Shown: positions 40,749-49,923 of the stretch, in pieces
How positions within the stretch are numbered: position 1 is the first letter of the stretch
Layout: each line of letters begins with the position of its first letter
Origin: Steroidobacter sp.
Lineage (GTDB): Bacteria; Pseudomonadota; Gammaproteobacteria; Steroidobacterales; Steroidobacteraceae
Assembly: GCF_036402275.1 (NCBI RefSeq)
Contig: NZ_DASWTF010000027.1
Location: 86,183 to 150,182 of the forward strand
Length of the DNA: 64,000 nt
Direction: 5' to 3'
Translations under genes and position numbers: made by a program
Notes under the pieces: model-generated
The model's input: the letters and a program-made list of their open reading frames with translations, nothing else
Told to the model about the DNA's origin: nothing
Database searches by the model: none

Positions 40749-43604
40749 ATGCATAGAACTTTCGCCGTTGCCGGACTGCTGCTGCTCGCCTGCCTGCCTT
40801 CGTATTCCCAGGAGCCTCCCGGTTCACCCCCCGCGGGCGCCGTGCCCCAGACGGCGCTGCCGGTGGCCGATGTGGAGGACTCGCGCTGGACTCGCACGCT
40901 GGAGCGCGTCGCCAGCGGCGTCGTCACCATTCAGGTCGATCTGGCGCGCGCCTTCGATACCGAATGGAACATGTCCAGTCAGGCGACGGGCTTCGTCGTC
41001 GACGCCCAGCGCGGCCTGATTCTCACCAATCGTCACGTCGTGACGCCGGGCCCGGTCACGGCTACCGCGGTGTTTCTGAATCGCGAGGAAGTCACGTTGT
41101 ATCCGGTGTATCGCGACCCGGTGCACGATTTCGGTTTCTATCGTTACGACCCCTCCAAGCTGCGTTTCATCAAGCCCACCGAGCTGAAGCTGCATCCGCA
41201 AGGCGCCCAGGTCGGAAGAGAAATCCGGGTGATCGGCAACGACGCTGGCGAGCAACTCTCCATCCTCGCCGGCACGCTGGCGCGGCTGGATCGTGAAGCG
41301 CCGAACTACGGCCTCGGCAAGTACAACGACTTCAACACGTTCTATTACCAGGCGGCGTCGAGCACGTCGGGCGGTTCGTCCGGTTCGCCGGTGATCGATA
41401 TCGACGGTCGCGTGCTGGCGCTCAATGCCGGCGGCAGCTCGGCCGCTGCATCGAGCTTCTATTTGCCGCTGGATCGCGTGACGCGCGCGCTCGATGCGAT
41501 TCAGAAGAACAAGCAGGTCAGTCGCGGCACGCTGCAGACCGTGTTCATGTACACGCCGTTCGACGAAGTGCGCCGTCTCGGCCTGCGCAACGAGTCCGAG
41601 ATCGAAGTGCGCAAGAAGTTTCCAAACACCACGGGCATGCTGGTGGTGTCCGAAGTGCAGCGTGGCTCGGCGGCGGAGAACGTGCTCGAGCCGGGCGACG
41701 TTCTGGTGCGCATCAACGGTCAGCTCACTGCTGATTTCTCCCTGCTCGCGAGCACGCTGGACGACGGCGTCGGCAAGACGGTGAAGGTCTCCGTGGAGCG
41801 GGGCGGGCAGGTGCTGGAGCACGAACTGCCCATCCAGAACATGTATGAAGTGATGCCGGACGAGTTCCTGGAAGTCGGCGACGCAGTGGTTCACAACCTG
41901 TCGTGGCAGCAGGCGCGGCACATCAATGTTCCTATCAAAGGCGTGTATGTCGCCAATCCAGGTTACATCCTGGGCGCGGCCGGCATGCCGCGCGGTGCGG
42001 TGATCAGCGAAGCGGGCGGCAAGGAAATAGGCGGCCTGGGCGATCTGGAGCAGGCGCTGTCGGAACTGAAAGACGGTCAGCGCATCACGCTACGTTATTT
42101 CACCATCGACGATCCGAAGACCGCGCAGTGGCGCAGCGTCCGGATGGATCGTCGCTGGTTCCCGGCTCGCATCTGCAAACGTGACGACAAGCTCGGCACG
42201 TGGCCGTGCACGCCCTGGGGCCAGAATGGCGAAACCAAGGCGCCGGAGCCGGCGACCACCACGTTTGCCAAGACCTCCGATCCGCTGATCAACAAGCTGG
42301 CGCCGTCGCTGGTGCTGGTGAATTTCGACATGCCGTATTCCGTCTCGGGGATCACCGAGCGTAGTTATTACGGCACCGGTCTGATCGTCGACGCCGAGCG
42401 CGGCCTGGTGATCGTCGATCGCAATACCGTGCCGGGGCCGTTGGGCGATGTGCGGCTGACGTTCGCGGGCTCGATCGAAGTGCCGGGTCGCGTGGAATAT
42501 ATTCATCCGCTGCACAACCTGGCCGCGATTTCTTATGACCCGAAATTGATCGGCGCGACGCCGGCCAAGGCGGCGACGCTCAAAGCGGTCGATGTGCAGT
42601 CCGGTCAGGAAGTATGGGCGGTCGGCATGCGCGTCGACGGCAAGGTGCAATCGCGTTCGGCGACGGTTGCTTCGGTGGACCCTGTGGGATACCCGCTGTC
42701 GCGCACGCTGCAGTTCCGCGATTCGAACCTCGAAACCATTTCTCTCGTGAATGGCCCGTCCGATTACGACGGCGTGCTGGTCGACAAGAGCGGCGCGGTG
42801 ATCGCGACGTGGGCGAGCTTCGCTTATGAGGCTGGTCGCGATGTCGCGCAGGAAAATCGCGGCATTTCGGCCGAGCTCGTGCAGGAAATGTTGCCGTTGT
42901 TACGTGAGGGGCGGGACCTGCATTCGCTCGAAGCCGAGCTGCAGCCGGTGCCTCTCGCGGTCGCGCGCAAGCAGGACTTGCCAGACACCTGGATCCGCCG
43001 TTTGGAACAACACAGCCCCGACCGCCGTCAGGTGCTGAGCGTAGTGCGCACGGTAGGCGGCTCGCCGGCGGACGGTTTGCTGCGCTCGGGCGATCTCATT
43101 CTGGATATCGACGGCGCCATCGTGAATCGCTTCCGTGAAGTGGAGCGAAGCGTGCAGAAGCCGTCGGTGCGAGTCACCGTCTGGCGCGATAAGGCAGAAC
43201 AGGTCATCGAGGTGCCCACGGTGGCGCTCGGTGGCCGCGATCTCGATCGCATCGTCGTGTGGGCTGGCGCGGTGTTGCAAAAGCCGCACCGCGCGCTGGC
43301 TGCTCAACGTGGTATCGAGCCGGACGGCGTGTTCGTCGCGTATTTCTCTTATGGTTCACCGGCCACGCGTTATCAGTTGTGGGCTGGCCGGCGCATCGTC
43401 GAAGTCGACGGCAAGCCGGTGGCGGACTTGGACGCCTTCATCCAGGCGGTCAGCGGCCGGGAGGATCGCAGCTCGCTGAGATTGCGGACTGTGACCTGGA
43501 ACGGCTCGGTCGAAGTCATGACACTGAAGCTCGACAAACGCTACTGGCCCACTTACGAGCTGCGCCGGACGGCGCAAGGTTGGGCCAGGACGGCGTTGGA
43601 ATGA
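40749..43604 (+). CDS. Exported HtrA-superfamily serine protease with duplicated protease and multiple PDZ domains (Nma111/Deg7-like)
   Basis: Signal peptide; triad TNRHVV, VHDFG, GGSSGSP; second protease-like domain with degenerate triad; PDZ-like segments. Confidence 0.85.
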   Translation: MHRTFAVAGLLLLACLPSYSQEPPGSPPAGAVPQTALPVADVEDSRWTRTLERVASGVVTIQVDLARAFDTEWNMSSQATGFVVDAQRGLILTNRHVVTPGPVTATAVFLNREEVTLYPVYRDPVHDFGFYRYDPSKLRFIKPTELKLHPQGAQVGREIRVIGNDAGEQLSILAGTLARLDREAPNYGLGKYNDFNTFYYQAASSTSGGSSGSPVIDIDGRVLALNAGGSSAAASSFYLPLDRVTRALDAIQKNKQVSRGTLQTVFMYTPFDEVRRLGLRNESEIEVRKKFPNTTGMLVVSEVQRGSAAENVLEPGDVLVRINGQLTADFSLLASTLDDGVGKTVKVSVERGGQVLEHELPIQNMYEVMPDEFLEVGDAVVHNLSWQQARHINVPIKGVYVANPGYILGAAGMPRGAVISEAGGKEIGGLGDLEQALSELKDGQRITLRYFTIDDPKTAQWRSVRMDRRWFPARICKRDDKLGTWPCTPWGQNGETKAPEPATTTFAKTSDPLINKLAPSLVLVNFDMPYSVSGITERSYYGTGLIVDAERGLVIVDRNTVPGPLGDVRLTFAGSIEVPGRVEYIHPLHNLAAISYDPKLIGATPAKAATLKAVDVQSGQEVWAVGMRVDGKVQSRSATVASVDPVGYPLSRTLQFRDSNLETISLVNGPSDYDGVLVDKSGAVIATWASFAYEAGRDVAQENRGISAELVQEMLPLLREGRDLHSLEAELQPVPLAVARKQDLPDTWIRRLEQHSPDRRQVLSVVRTVGGSPADGLLRSGDLILDIDGAIVNRFREVERSVQKPSVRVTVWRDKAEQVIEVPTVALGGRDLDRIVVWAGAVLQKPHRALAAQRGIEPDGVFVAYFSYGSPATRYQLWAGRRIVEVDGKPVADLDAFIQAVSGREDRSSLRLRTVTWNGSVEVMTLKLDKRYWPTYELRRTAQGWARTALE

Positions 43605-43663
43605 TTTTTCAATAATGGCCCGACCGAGCTCGGGCCAGACGGGTACTTGGTATCATTGCTCCC

Positions 43664-44710
43664 ATGGCTATAGGACGAGTTCTACAACAGGAAATCCAGG
43701 AGGCCGTCGAAGCGCTGCGCGCCGGCGAGCTCGTGGCGTTTCCTACCGAGACGGTGTACGGCCTGGGTGCGAACGCCAACAATCCCGATGCGGTGCGTAA
43801 AATTTTCCGCGTCAAAGGTCGGCCGTCGACGCACCCGGTGATCGTCCACATCGATCATCCGCGTTATCTGCAGCGCTGGGTGCGCGAGATGACGCCGGAG
43901 GCGAAGAAGCTCGCCGATGCTTTTTGGCCGGGGCCGCTGACGCTGGTGGCGAAGCGTGCGCCGGCAGTCAACGACGTCATTACCGGCGGGCAAGATACGG
44001 TCGCGATTCGCGTGCCGAATCATCCTGTCGCTCAACAGCTGCTGAATGCATTTGGCGGCGGCATCGCTGCGCCGTCGGCGAACAAATATGGCCACGTGAG
44101 CCCGACGCGAGCGGAGCACGTGCGCGACGAGTTCGGTGACGATGTGAAGTGGGTGCTCGATGGCGGCGACTGCAAGGTCGGGTTGGAGTCCACCATCATC
44201 AGCTGTCTCGCTGATGGGCCTCGTGTGTTGCGGCCGGGAAGCATCAGCTTCTCGCAGCTCAAGGCTGTAGTGCCGACGATTCAGATGGGACCGAATCCCA
44301 GCGCGCCTCGCGTGCCGGGCTCGACGTCACGTCACTACTCGCCGGCGACGCCCGTGAACGTGGTGCCGAGCCGTCGGCTCGAAACCGTCATGAACGAGTT
44401 CACCGCCAATCACGAGAAAGTGGCCGTGCTCGCGCAGCGGCCGCCGGGAACGGCGAATCCTTTCATGACGTGGATCAACGCCGGCATCCGCCCCGATATC
44501 TACGCGCGCAATCTCTACGCGAATCTGCGCACCCTGGATAAGGCGAGCGCCAAGATCATCCTGGTCGAGGAAGTCCCCGAAGGCGAAAAATGGGACGCCG
44601 TCCGCGACCGCCTCCGTCGCTCCGCCAGCGCCGAAAACATCGTCACCTACGACCAGGACATCGCCGCCTGGGTCGCCGACTTCGGCGAAGAGGGTGGCCC
44701 TCCGGGCTGA
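43664..44710 (+). CDS. sua5: L-threonylcarbamoyladenylate synthase (Sua5 type with C-terminal domain)
   Basis: AFPTETVYGLGA, KGRP, AAPSANKYG, GLESTII, PG..SRHYSP. Confidence 0.93.
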   Translation: MAIGRVLQQEIQEAVEALRAGELVAFPTETVYGLGANANNPDAVRKIFRVKGRPSTHPVIVHIDHPRYLQRWVREMTPEAKKLADAFWPGPLTLVAKRAPAVNDVITGGQDTVAIRVPNHPVAQQLLNAFGGGIAAPSANKYGHVSPTRAEHVRDEFGDDVKWVLDGGDCKVGLESTIISCLADGPRVLRPGSISFSQLKAVVPTIQMGPNPSAPRVPGSTSRHYSPATPVNVVPSRRLETVMNEFTANHEKVAVLAQRPPGTANPFMTWINAGIRPDIYARNLYANLRTLDKASAKIILVEEVPEGEKWDAVRDRLRRSASAENIVTYDQDIAAWVADFGEEGGPPG

Positions 44711-44720
44711 ATAAGCAACC

Positions 44721-46223
44721 TTAGTCGGCCGGTACTGTCCGTTCAGCCGCCCACGAGCGGAGCTCGGAAATACGTTCCTCCATCGTCACGGAGAGCGGGC
44801 GCGTGGCGCGAATCTCCTGAAGGATGTGCTGGGCGCCCGCGGGTGCGCCGGAGGAGTGGGCGGCGTAGACGGCGGACACGACGGCTTGTTCGATCTCCGC
44901 GCCCGAGAAACCTTCGCAGGCGGTGGCCAGTTGTCGCACGTGGTTATCCGCAAGCGTGAGGTTGCGCTTCTTGGCATGGATTCGGAGCACGTCTTCGCGG
45001 ACCGCCGAGCCGGGCAGGTCGACGAAGAAGATCTCGTCCAGGCGGCCCTTGCGCACCAGTTCGGGCGGTAGCGAGGAGATGTCGTTGGCCGTGGCCACCA
45101 CGAACACGCGCGTTTTCTTTTCGGCGAGCCACGTCAGGAAGGTGCCGAGCAATCGCCGTGACGTGCCGTTGTCGCCGTCGCCGACGGACACGCCTTTTTC
45201 GATTTCGTCGATCCACAGCACGCAAGGCGCCATCGTCTCAGCTGTCGAAAGCGACTCGCGCAAGTTGCGCTCCGACTCGCCGATGAACTTGTTGTGGATG
45301 GTTGCGAAGTCCAGGCGGAGCAGCGGCACGCCGTAGATGCCCGCCGCAGCTTTCGCCGCCACGCTCTTCCCGCAACCCTGAACGCCCAGTAGCAGCACGC
45401 CCTTGGGCGCTTCCAGGTGAGGCGCGCTGCCGTCGAACGCCGGCTTGCGTACGCGCAGCCATTCCTTCAGTCGCGTCATGCCGCCGAGATCGGCGAACTG
45501 CGCGGTGTCGTACTCGAACGCGAGCACGCCGCCGCGATTCAACAATTCATATTTCGCCTGCATCACCGCCGGCAGATCGGCGGGCAGCAGCGCGCCGTCG
45601 TCGAAAATCACTTTGCGCGCCAGTCGCTCGGTGTCGCTGGTGGAGAGACCGCCGAGATTTTCTACGAGCAACTCCAATGATTTGCGATCTGTTCTTACAC
45701 GCTTACCGTAAGCGCGAGTCCAGTCGGCGGCGACGCGCTCGACGATCGCGTGACGCTCGGCGCGGTCGGGGAACGCGAGCTTGAGTCGCACGCAGAGATG
45801 TTCGAGCTCGCGCGGCAGCTGAATCTCGTGGCTGATCAGCACCACCGTGCGCGCGACGCGGTCATAGTCCTGACAAATGTCTTTCAGCAGCCGCACGTTC
45901 ACCGGATCGGCGAGGAACGGGTGGAAGTCGAGCAAGACGTACACGCCCGCGGTCGGCGTGGCGCGCATCGATTTCAGCACTGCATCCGGCTCGGCATTGT
46001 GTTGCTGAGCGCCGCCCAAATTAACGTCGAGCCGGCGCAAACCTTCCGTGACAGTCCACTGAAACACGGGCATGTACGAGGCGGAGTCCGCCAGCTTGAT
46101 CGCCAGCCCGGCGAGCAGGGCGAGCGCGCGCGGCTCGTCGCGAGTCTCGATGACGATCAGCGGCACGCGGCTCTTCAGGAGCGCTTCCACCTCGCGGCGA
46201 GTGTCTGTCGTGGCTGTTGTCAT
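44721..46223 (-). CDS. Ycf46-like AAA+ ATPase
   Basis: [53 protein letters not shown]; start moved to ATG 46223. Confidence 0.88.
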   Translation of the reverse strand: MTTATTDTRREVEALLKSRVPLIVIETRDEPRALALLAGLAIKLADSASYMPVFQWTVTEGLRRLDVNLGGAQQHNAEPDAVLKSMRATPTAGVYVLLDFHPFLADPVNVRLLKDICQDYDRVARTVVLISHEIQLPRELEHLCVRLKLAFPDRAERHAIVERVAADWTRAYGKRVRTDRKSLELLVENLGGLSTSDTERLARKVIFDDGALLPADLPAVMQAKYELLNRGGVLAFEYDTAQFADLGGMTRLKEWLRVRKPAFDGSAPHLEAPKGVLLLGVQGCGKSVAAKAAAGIYGVPLLRLDFATIHNKFIGESERNLRESLSTAETMAPCVLWIDEIEKGVSVGDGDNGTSRRLLGTFLTWLAEKKTRVFVVATANDISSLPPELVRKGRLDEIFFVDLPGSAVREDVLRIHAKKRNLTLADNHVRQLATACEGFSGAEIEQAVVSAVYAAHSSGAPAGAQHILQEIRATRPLSVTMEERISELRSWAAERTVPAD

Positions 46224-46516
46224 AAATTTGAATCCAGCGAGTCCTTTCGGGCGTAAGAGAACAGCGTTGCGCGCTCTCGCGCGTGGCGTGGTTCGCGCGT
46301 CCGAAATTTTTTTCGCCGAGGAGGATAAATTCTGTGACGTGCTTCTTGCATCGCCGGACATTTTTGCTAAATTTCGCGCCGGCCTGTGTAAGAGAGCACC
46401 ACGCGTAAGCTGCAGTGCCGCTCGACCAGAACTTGTGAGAGCTTCAGACGTTCAAGAAATCTGTCGCTCTTGTTGGTTGGTTAAGTGTTCGCAGCTTTTT
46501 GAGAGGTGCCCACCAG

Positions 46517-47758
46517 GTGTTGCCCCGCGCAGCCAAGCAGTCACTCGCCGTTTCTCCGGCCCACTCCTTCGATTCCACCACGCTCACGGAAGCTGAAATC
46601 CGTGCGCTGGTCGCCCGTTTTGGTTCGCCGCTGCTGGTGGTGGACTGCGAACAGGTGCGTCGCCAGTACCGCGCGCTGAAGGCAGCGCTGCCCGGCGTCG
46701 ACCTCCACTACGCGCTCAAGCCGCTGCCGCACGCCGCGGTGGTGTCGTGCTTGCGCGACGAAGGTGCTTATTTCGACCTCGCGACCACGGGCGAAGTGGA
46801 GCTGGTGAAGCAGCAGGGCATCGCCCCGAGCCGCTGCATCCACACGCATCCGATCAAGCGCGACAGCGACATTCGCGACGCGCTCCGTTACGGCGTTACG
46901 ACCTTCGTGGCCGACAACCCGGACGAGCTGAAGAAGTTCGTGCGCTATCGCAAGCGTGCGGAAGTGCTGCTGCGTGTGTCGTTCCGTAGCCCGAACGCCG
47001 TCGTCGATCTGTCGAAGAAGTTCGGCTGCGCCCCTGGCGACGTGCTCGGCCTGATCGAGCAGGCGCGCCGTCTCGGCGTGCGCGTGCGCGGTTTGTCTTT
47101 CCACGTCGGCTCGCAGGCGACCGATCCGTCCAAGTACGTCGAAGCCGTACAGGCGTGCACCAACCTCATCGCGGAAGCGGTGCTGGCCGGTCTGCCGTCG
47201 CTCGACGTGCTCGACATCGGTGGCGGTTTCCCGGTGGCTTACAACGAGAGCGTCACGCCGATCGACGAGTTCTGCCGTCCGATTCGCGCCGCGCTCGCCA
47301 AGCTGCCGCCGCACGTCCGTGTCATCGCCGAGCCGGGCCGTTTCATCGCGGCGCCTGCCGCCATCGCCGTGTCGTCGGTGATGGGCAAGGCCAAGCGTGA
47401 CGGTCGCTGGTGGTATTACCTGGACGACGGTCTGTACGGCTCGTACAGCGGTCAGATGTTCGACCACGCCAAGTATCCGGTGTCGGTGCTGCGCGAGGGC
47501 GGCGAGTTGCACGAGAGCGTGCTGTCGGGCCCGACCTGCGACTCCATCGACGTGATCGACGAGTGCATCATGCTGCCGGAGTTGGAAGTGGGCGATCTGG
47601 TCGTGGGCCGCATGATGGGCGCCTATACCTGGGCCAGCGCCACCGACTTCAACTTCTTCAAGCGCGCCAAGGTCGTCGTGATGAACGAGACGGCCGATGC
47701 GCGCCGTGTGGTTCGCCTGCAGCGCAAGGCTGCCGGCGGTCGAGGCCGGGCCGCCTGA
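46517..47758 (+). CDS. Fold-type III PLP ornithine (or Lys/Orn) decarboxylase
   Basis: HYALK, SFHVGSQ, DIGGG, EPGR, GPTCDSID, MGAY; GTG 46517 with GAGAGG RBS. Confidence 0.9.
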   Translation: MLPRAAKQSLAVSPAHSFDSTTLTEAEIRALVARFGSPLLVVDCEQVRRQYRALKAALPGVDLHYALKPLPHAAVVSCLRDEGAYFDLATTGEVELVKQQGIAPSRCIHTHPIKRDSDIRDALRYGVTTFVADNPDELKKFVRYRKRAEVLLRVSFRSPNAVVDLSKKFGCAPGDVLGLIEQARRLGVRVRGLSFHVGSQATDPSKYVEAVQACTNLIAEAVLAGLPSLDVLDIGGGFPVAYNESVTPIDEFCRPIRAALAKLPPHVRVIAEPGRFIAAPAAIAVSSVMGKAKRDGRWWYYLDDGLYGSYSGQMFDHAKYPVSVLREGGELHESVLSGPTCDSIDVIDECIMLPELEVGDLVVGRMMGAYTWASATDFNFFKRAKVVVMNETADARRVVRLQRKAAGGRGRAA

Positions 47759-47779
47759 ACGTGGCGGCCTGCACGACGC

Positions 47780-48481
47780 TTGCAGGTTAACGTCGTCGAT
47801 CACGTTGCCGGCGCGCAATCGGCGCGCGGCATCGCCGTCGTCATCGATGTGTTCCGAGCGTTTTCGGTCGCCGCGTACGCGTTCTCGCGCGGCGTGGCGA
47901 CCGTCATTCCTGTCGCTGCTGTCGATGACGCTCGCGAGCTGAAGCGTCGCAATCCCGATTGGTTGTTGATTGGCGAGCGCCATGCGCGGCCGCTGCCAGG
48001 TTTCGACTGCGGCAACTCGCCGGCCGATCTCGAAAAGATCGAGGTCGCCGGGCGCACGATCATTCACACCACGCACGCCGGCACGCAGGGGCTCACCAAT
48101 GCCTTGCACGCGGACGAAGTGATCACCGGCGCGCTCGTGAATGCCGGGGCTATCGTGCGTTACATCCAGTCGCGTCAACCTTCGGTTGTGACGATCGTGC
48201 GCATGGGCCACGAAGCGCGCGAGAACTCCGACGAAGATGATCTCTGCGCGGAGCTGTTGCGCTCCCGGCTGATGGGCGAACCCATGCCCGTCGCCGGAAT
48301 TCGCGAGCGACTGCGCGGCGCCAGCAGTGCGCAGAAATTTTTCGATCCGGCCTGCGACTGGGCGCCCGAGCGCGACTTCGAGCTGTGCACGCGGGTCGAC
48401 GAGTTCGATTTCGTGTTGCGGCTGGAAACAGGCGAATCGCCGCCGCGCCTGCGCCGGATCGACGTACCGGTCATCGCATGA
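47780..48481 (+). CDS. ComB-family 2-phosphosulfolactate phosphatase-like protein
   Basis: VVIDVFRAFS, GER...GFDCGNSP, HTT.AGTQG, EDDLCA. Confidence 0.88.
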   Translation: MQVNVVDHVAGAQSARGIAVVIDVFRAFSVAAYAFSRGVATVIPVAAVDDARELKRRNPDWLLIGERHARPLPGFDCGNSPADLEKIEVAGRTIIHTTHAGTQGLTNALHADEVITGALVNAGAIVRYIQSRQPSVVTIVRMGHEARENSDEDDLCAELLRSRLMGEPMPVAGIRERLRGASSAQKFFDPACDWAPERDFELCTRVDEFDFVLRLETGESPPRLRRIDVPVIA

Positions 48482-48488
48482 ACCCCCC

Positions 48489-48830
48489 ATGAACCCTATT
48501 GCCCGCACTATCGTGTTACTCACCTTGTCGAACGTATTCATGACGTTCGCCTGGTACGCGCATCTGAAGGAGCTCAATCAGAAGCCGTGGATCGTCGCGG
48601 CGCTGATCAGCTGGGGCATCGCACTGTTCGAGTACTTATTGCAGGTGCCTGCCAATCGCATCGGTTACACGGCGTTGAGCCTGCCGCAGTTGAAGATCCT
48701 GCAGGAAGTGATCACGCTGACCGTGTTCGTCCCGTTTGTCACGCTCTACATGCGCCAGCCGCTCAAGCTCGATTACCTGTGGGCGGCGCTGTGCATGATG
48801 GGCGCCGTGTATTTCGTGTTTCGCAAATGA
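48489..48830 (+). CDS. DMT-family small membrane protein (DUF486-like)
   Basis: LLTLSNVFMTFAWYAHLK, SWGIALFEY.LQVPANRIG, QLKILQEVITL. Confidence 0.9.
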   Translation: MNPIARTIVLLTLSNVFMTFAWYAHLKELNQKPWIVAALISWGIALFEYLLQVPANRIGYTALSLPQLKILQEVITLTVFVPFVTLYMRQPLKLDYLWAALCMMGAVYFVFRK

Positions 48831-49267
48831 GCACCGCCATTCATCGCCTGGTCGAAAGCTGCCGTCGCGGAGACGATCCCACCGTGGTGGCGCGCATGCG
48901 TTCGGGATGGGCGGTGATGGGCCAGCGGCAGGTGCTGGCCGGTTATTGCCTGTTACTGCCGGATCCGGTGGTGCCGCATTTGAACGCTCTCGAGCGTAGC
49001 CAGAGGGATCTGTTCCTGTCCGAGCTGGGCCTGCTGGGCGATGCGGTACTGACTGCTACCGGCGCGTTGCGGATCAATTACGCCATTTTCGGCAACGTGG
49101 AGCCGGCGCTGCATGCTCACGTGCACCCGCGCTATACCGACGAGCCCGAAGCCATGCGCAAGAACAATCCCTGGGGGTACGACTGGCAGCAGGCGCCTGT
49201 CTTCGACGCGCAGGCGCATGGGGCGCTGCGTGACTTAATCCGGCAGCGGCTGGTCGCGACCCTATAA
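48827..49267 (+). CDS. HIT-family hydrolase
   Basis: RINYAIFGN..PALHAHVHPRY (HxHxH); ATGA overlap with the DMT gene. Confidence 0.85.
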   Translation: MSTAIHRLVESCRRGDDPTVVARMRSGWAVMGQRQVLAGYCLLLPDPVVPHLNALERSQRDLFLSELGLLGDAVLTATGALRINYAIFGNVEPALHAHVHPRYTDEPEAMRKNNPWGYDWQQAPVFDAQAHGALRDLIRQRLVATL

Positions 49268-49513
49268 ATTTTCCTAAGCGTTTTCTCGGGATTTCTCGCG
49301 CGAGCGCGTGTCGACTGGCGCACAGTGTCGCCACTTGATGACGTCCGCAGGTTTACAGTGGGAGGTTGCGAGGTAAACTCCCGCCCCTGGGGAGGAGCCG
49401 CAGCGACGCAGCAAGCATGCCGCCTGCGTCCTCGCGCCAGTTTCAGCGACGCCCACTTCATCCACGAAAGGGTGCGCTGCTCGGAAGCATTCAGGAAGAG
49501 TGAGTAGCTCGAT

Positions 49514-49918
49514 ATGCGGGTCAAGTCGAGCCTGGCCAGTTACGTCGCAGAACAACTCGCGCCGCTCGGGCGCATTTCCAGTCGTGCGATTTTCGGCGGC
49601 GTCGGTGTATTCATCGACGAGCGCCTGCTCGCCATCGTCATGGGCGACAAGCTGTACCTGCACACCGACAAGAGCAACCTCGATGATTATGTCGCGCGGG
49701 GCATGCCGCAGTTCAAGCCGTATCCGAACGCGTTCGACCTCACCACCGATCATCACGAAGTGCCGCCGGAAGTCGTTCAGGACGCCGAGCAGTTGAAGAT
49801 CTGGGGCGAACGCGCGCTCAACGCGGCTATCGAGTCGGCGCGCGCCAAACAAATGGCGGGCATCGAGCGCTCGCGCCACATGAAGCAGGCCAAGCGGCGC
49901 GAGAAAGAGAAGAAATAG
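49514..49918 (+). CDS. TfoX/Sxy N-terminal domain protein
   Basis: SRAIFGGVGVF, DKLYLHTD, VPPEVVQD.EQL..W...AL. Confidence 0.8.
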   Translation: MRVKSSLASYVAEQLAPLGRISSRAIFGGVGVFIDERLLAIVMGDKLYLHTDKSNLDDYVARGMPQFKPYPNAFDLTTDHHEVPPEVVQDAEQLKIWGERALNAAIESARAKQMAGIERSRHMKQAKRREKEKK

Positions 49919-49923
49919 CGGCT

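Noticed and set aside
49368-49440. Canonical c-di-GMP-I riboswitch before the tfoX-like gene
   Set aside because: It lacks the GNRA-capped stem and GACGCAAAGC spacing; kept only as a low-interest structured region.
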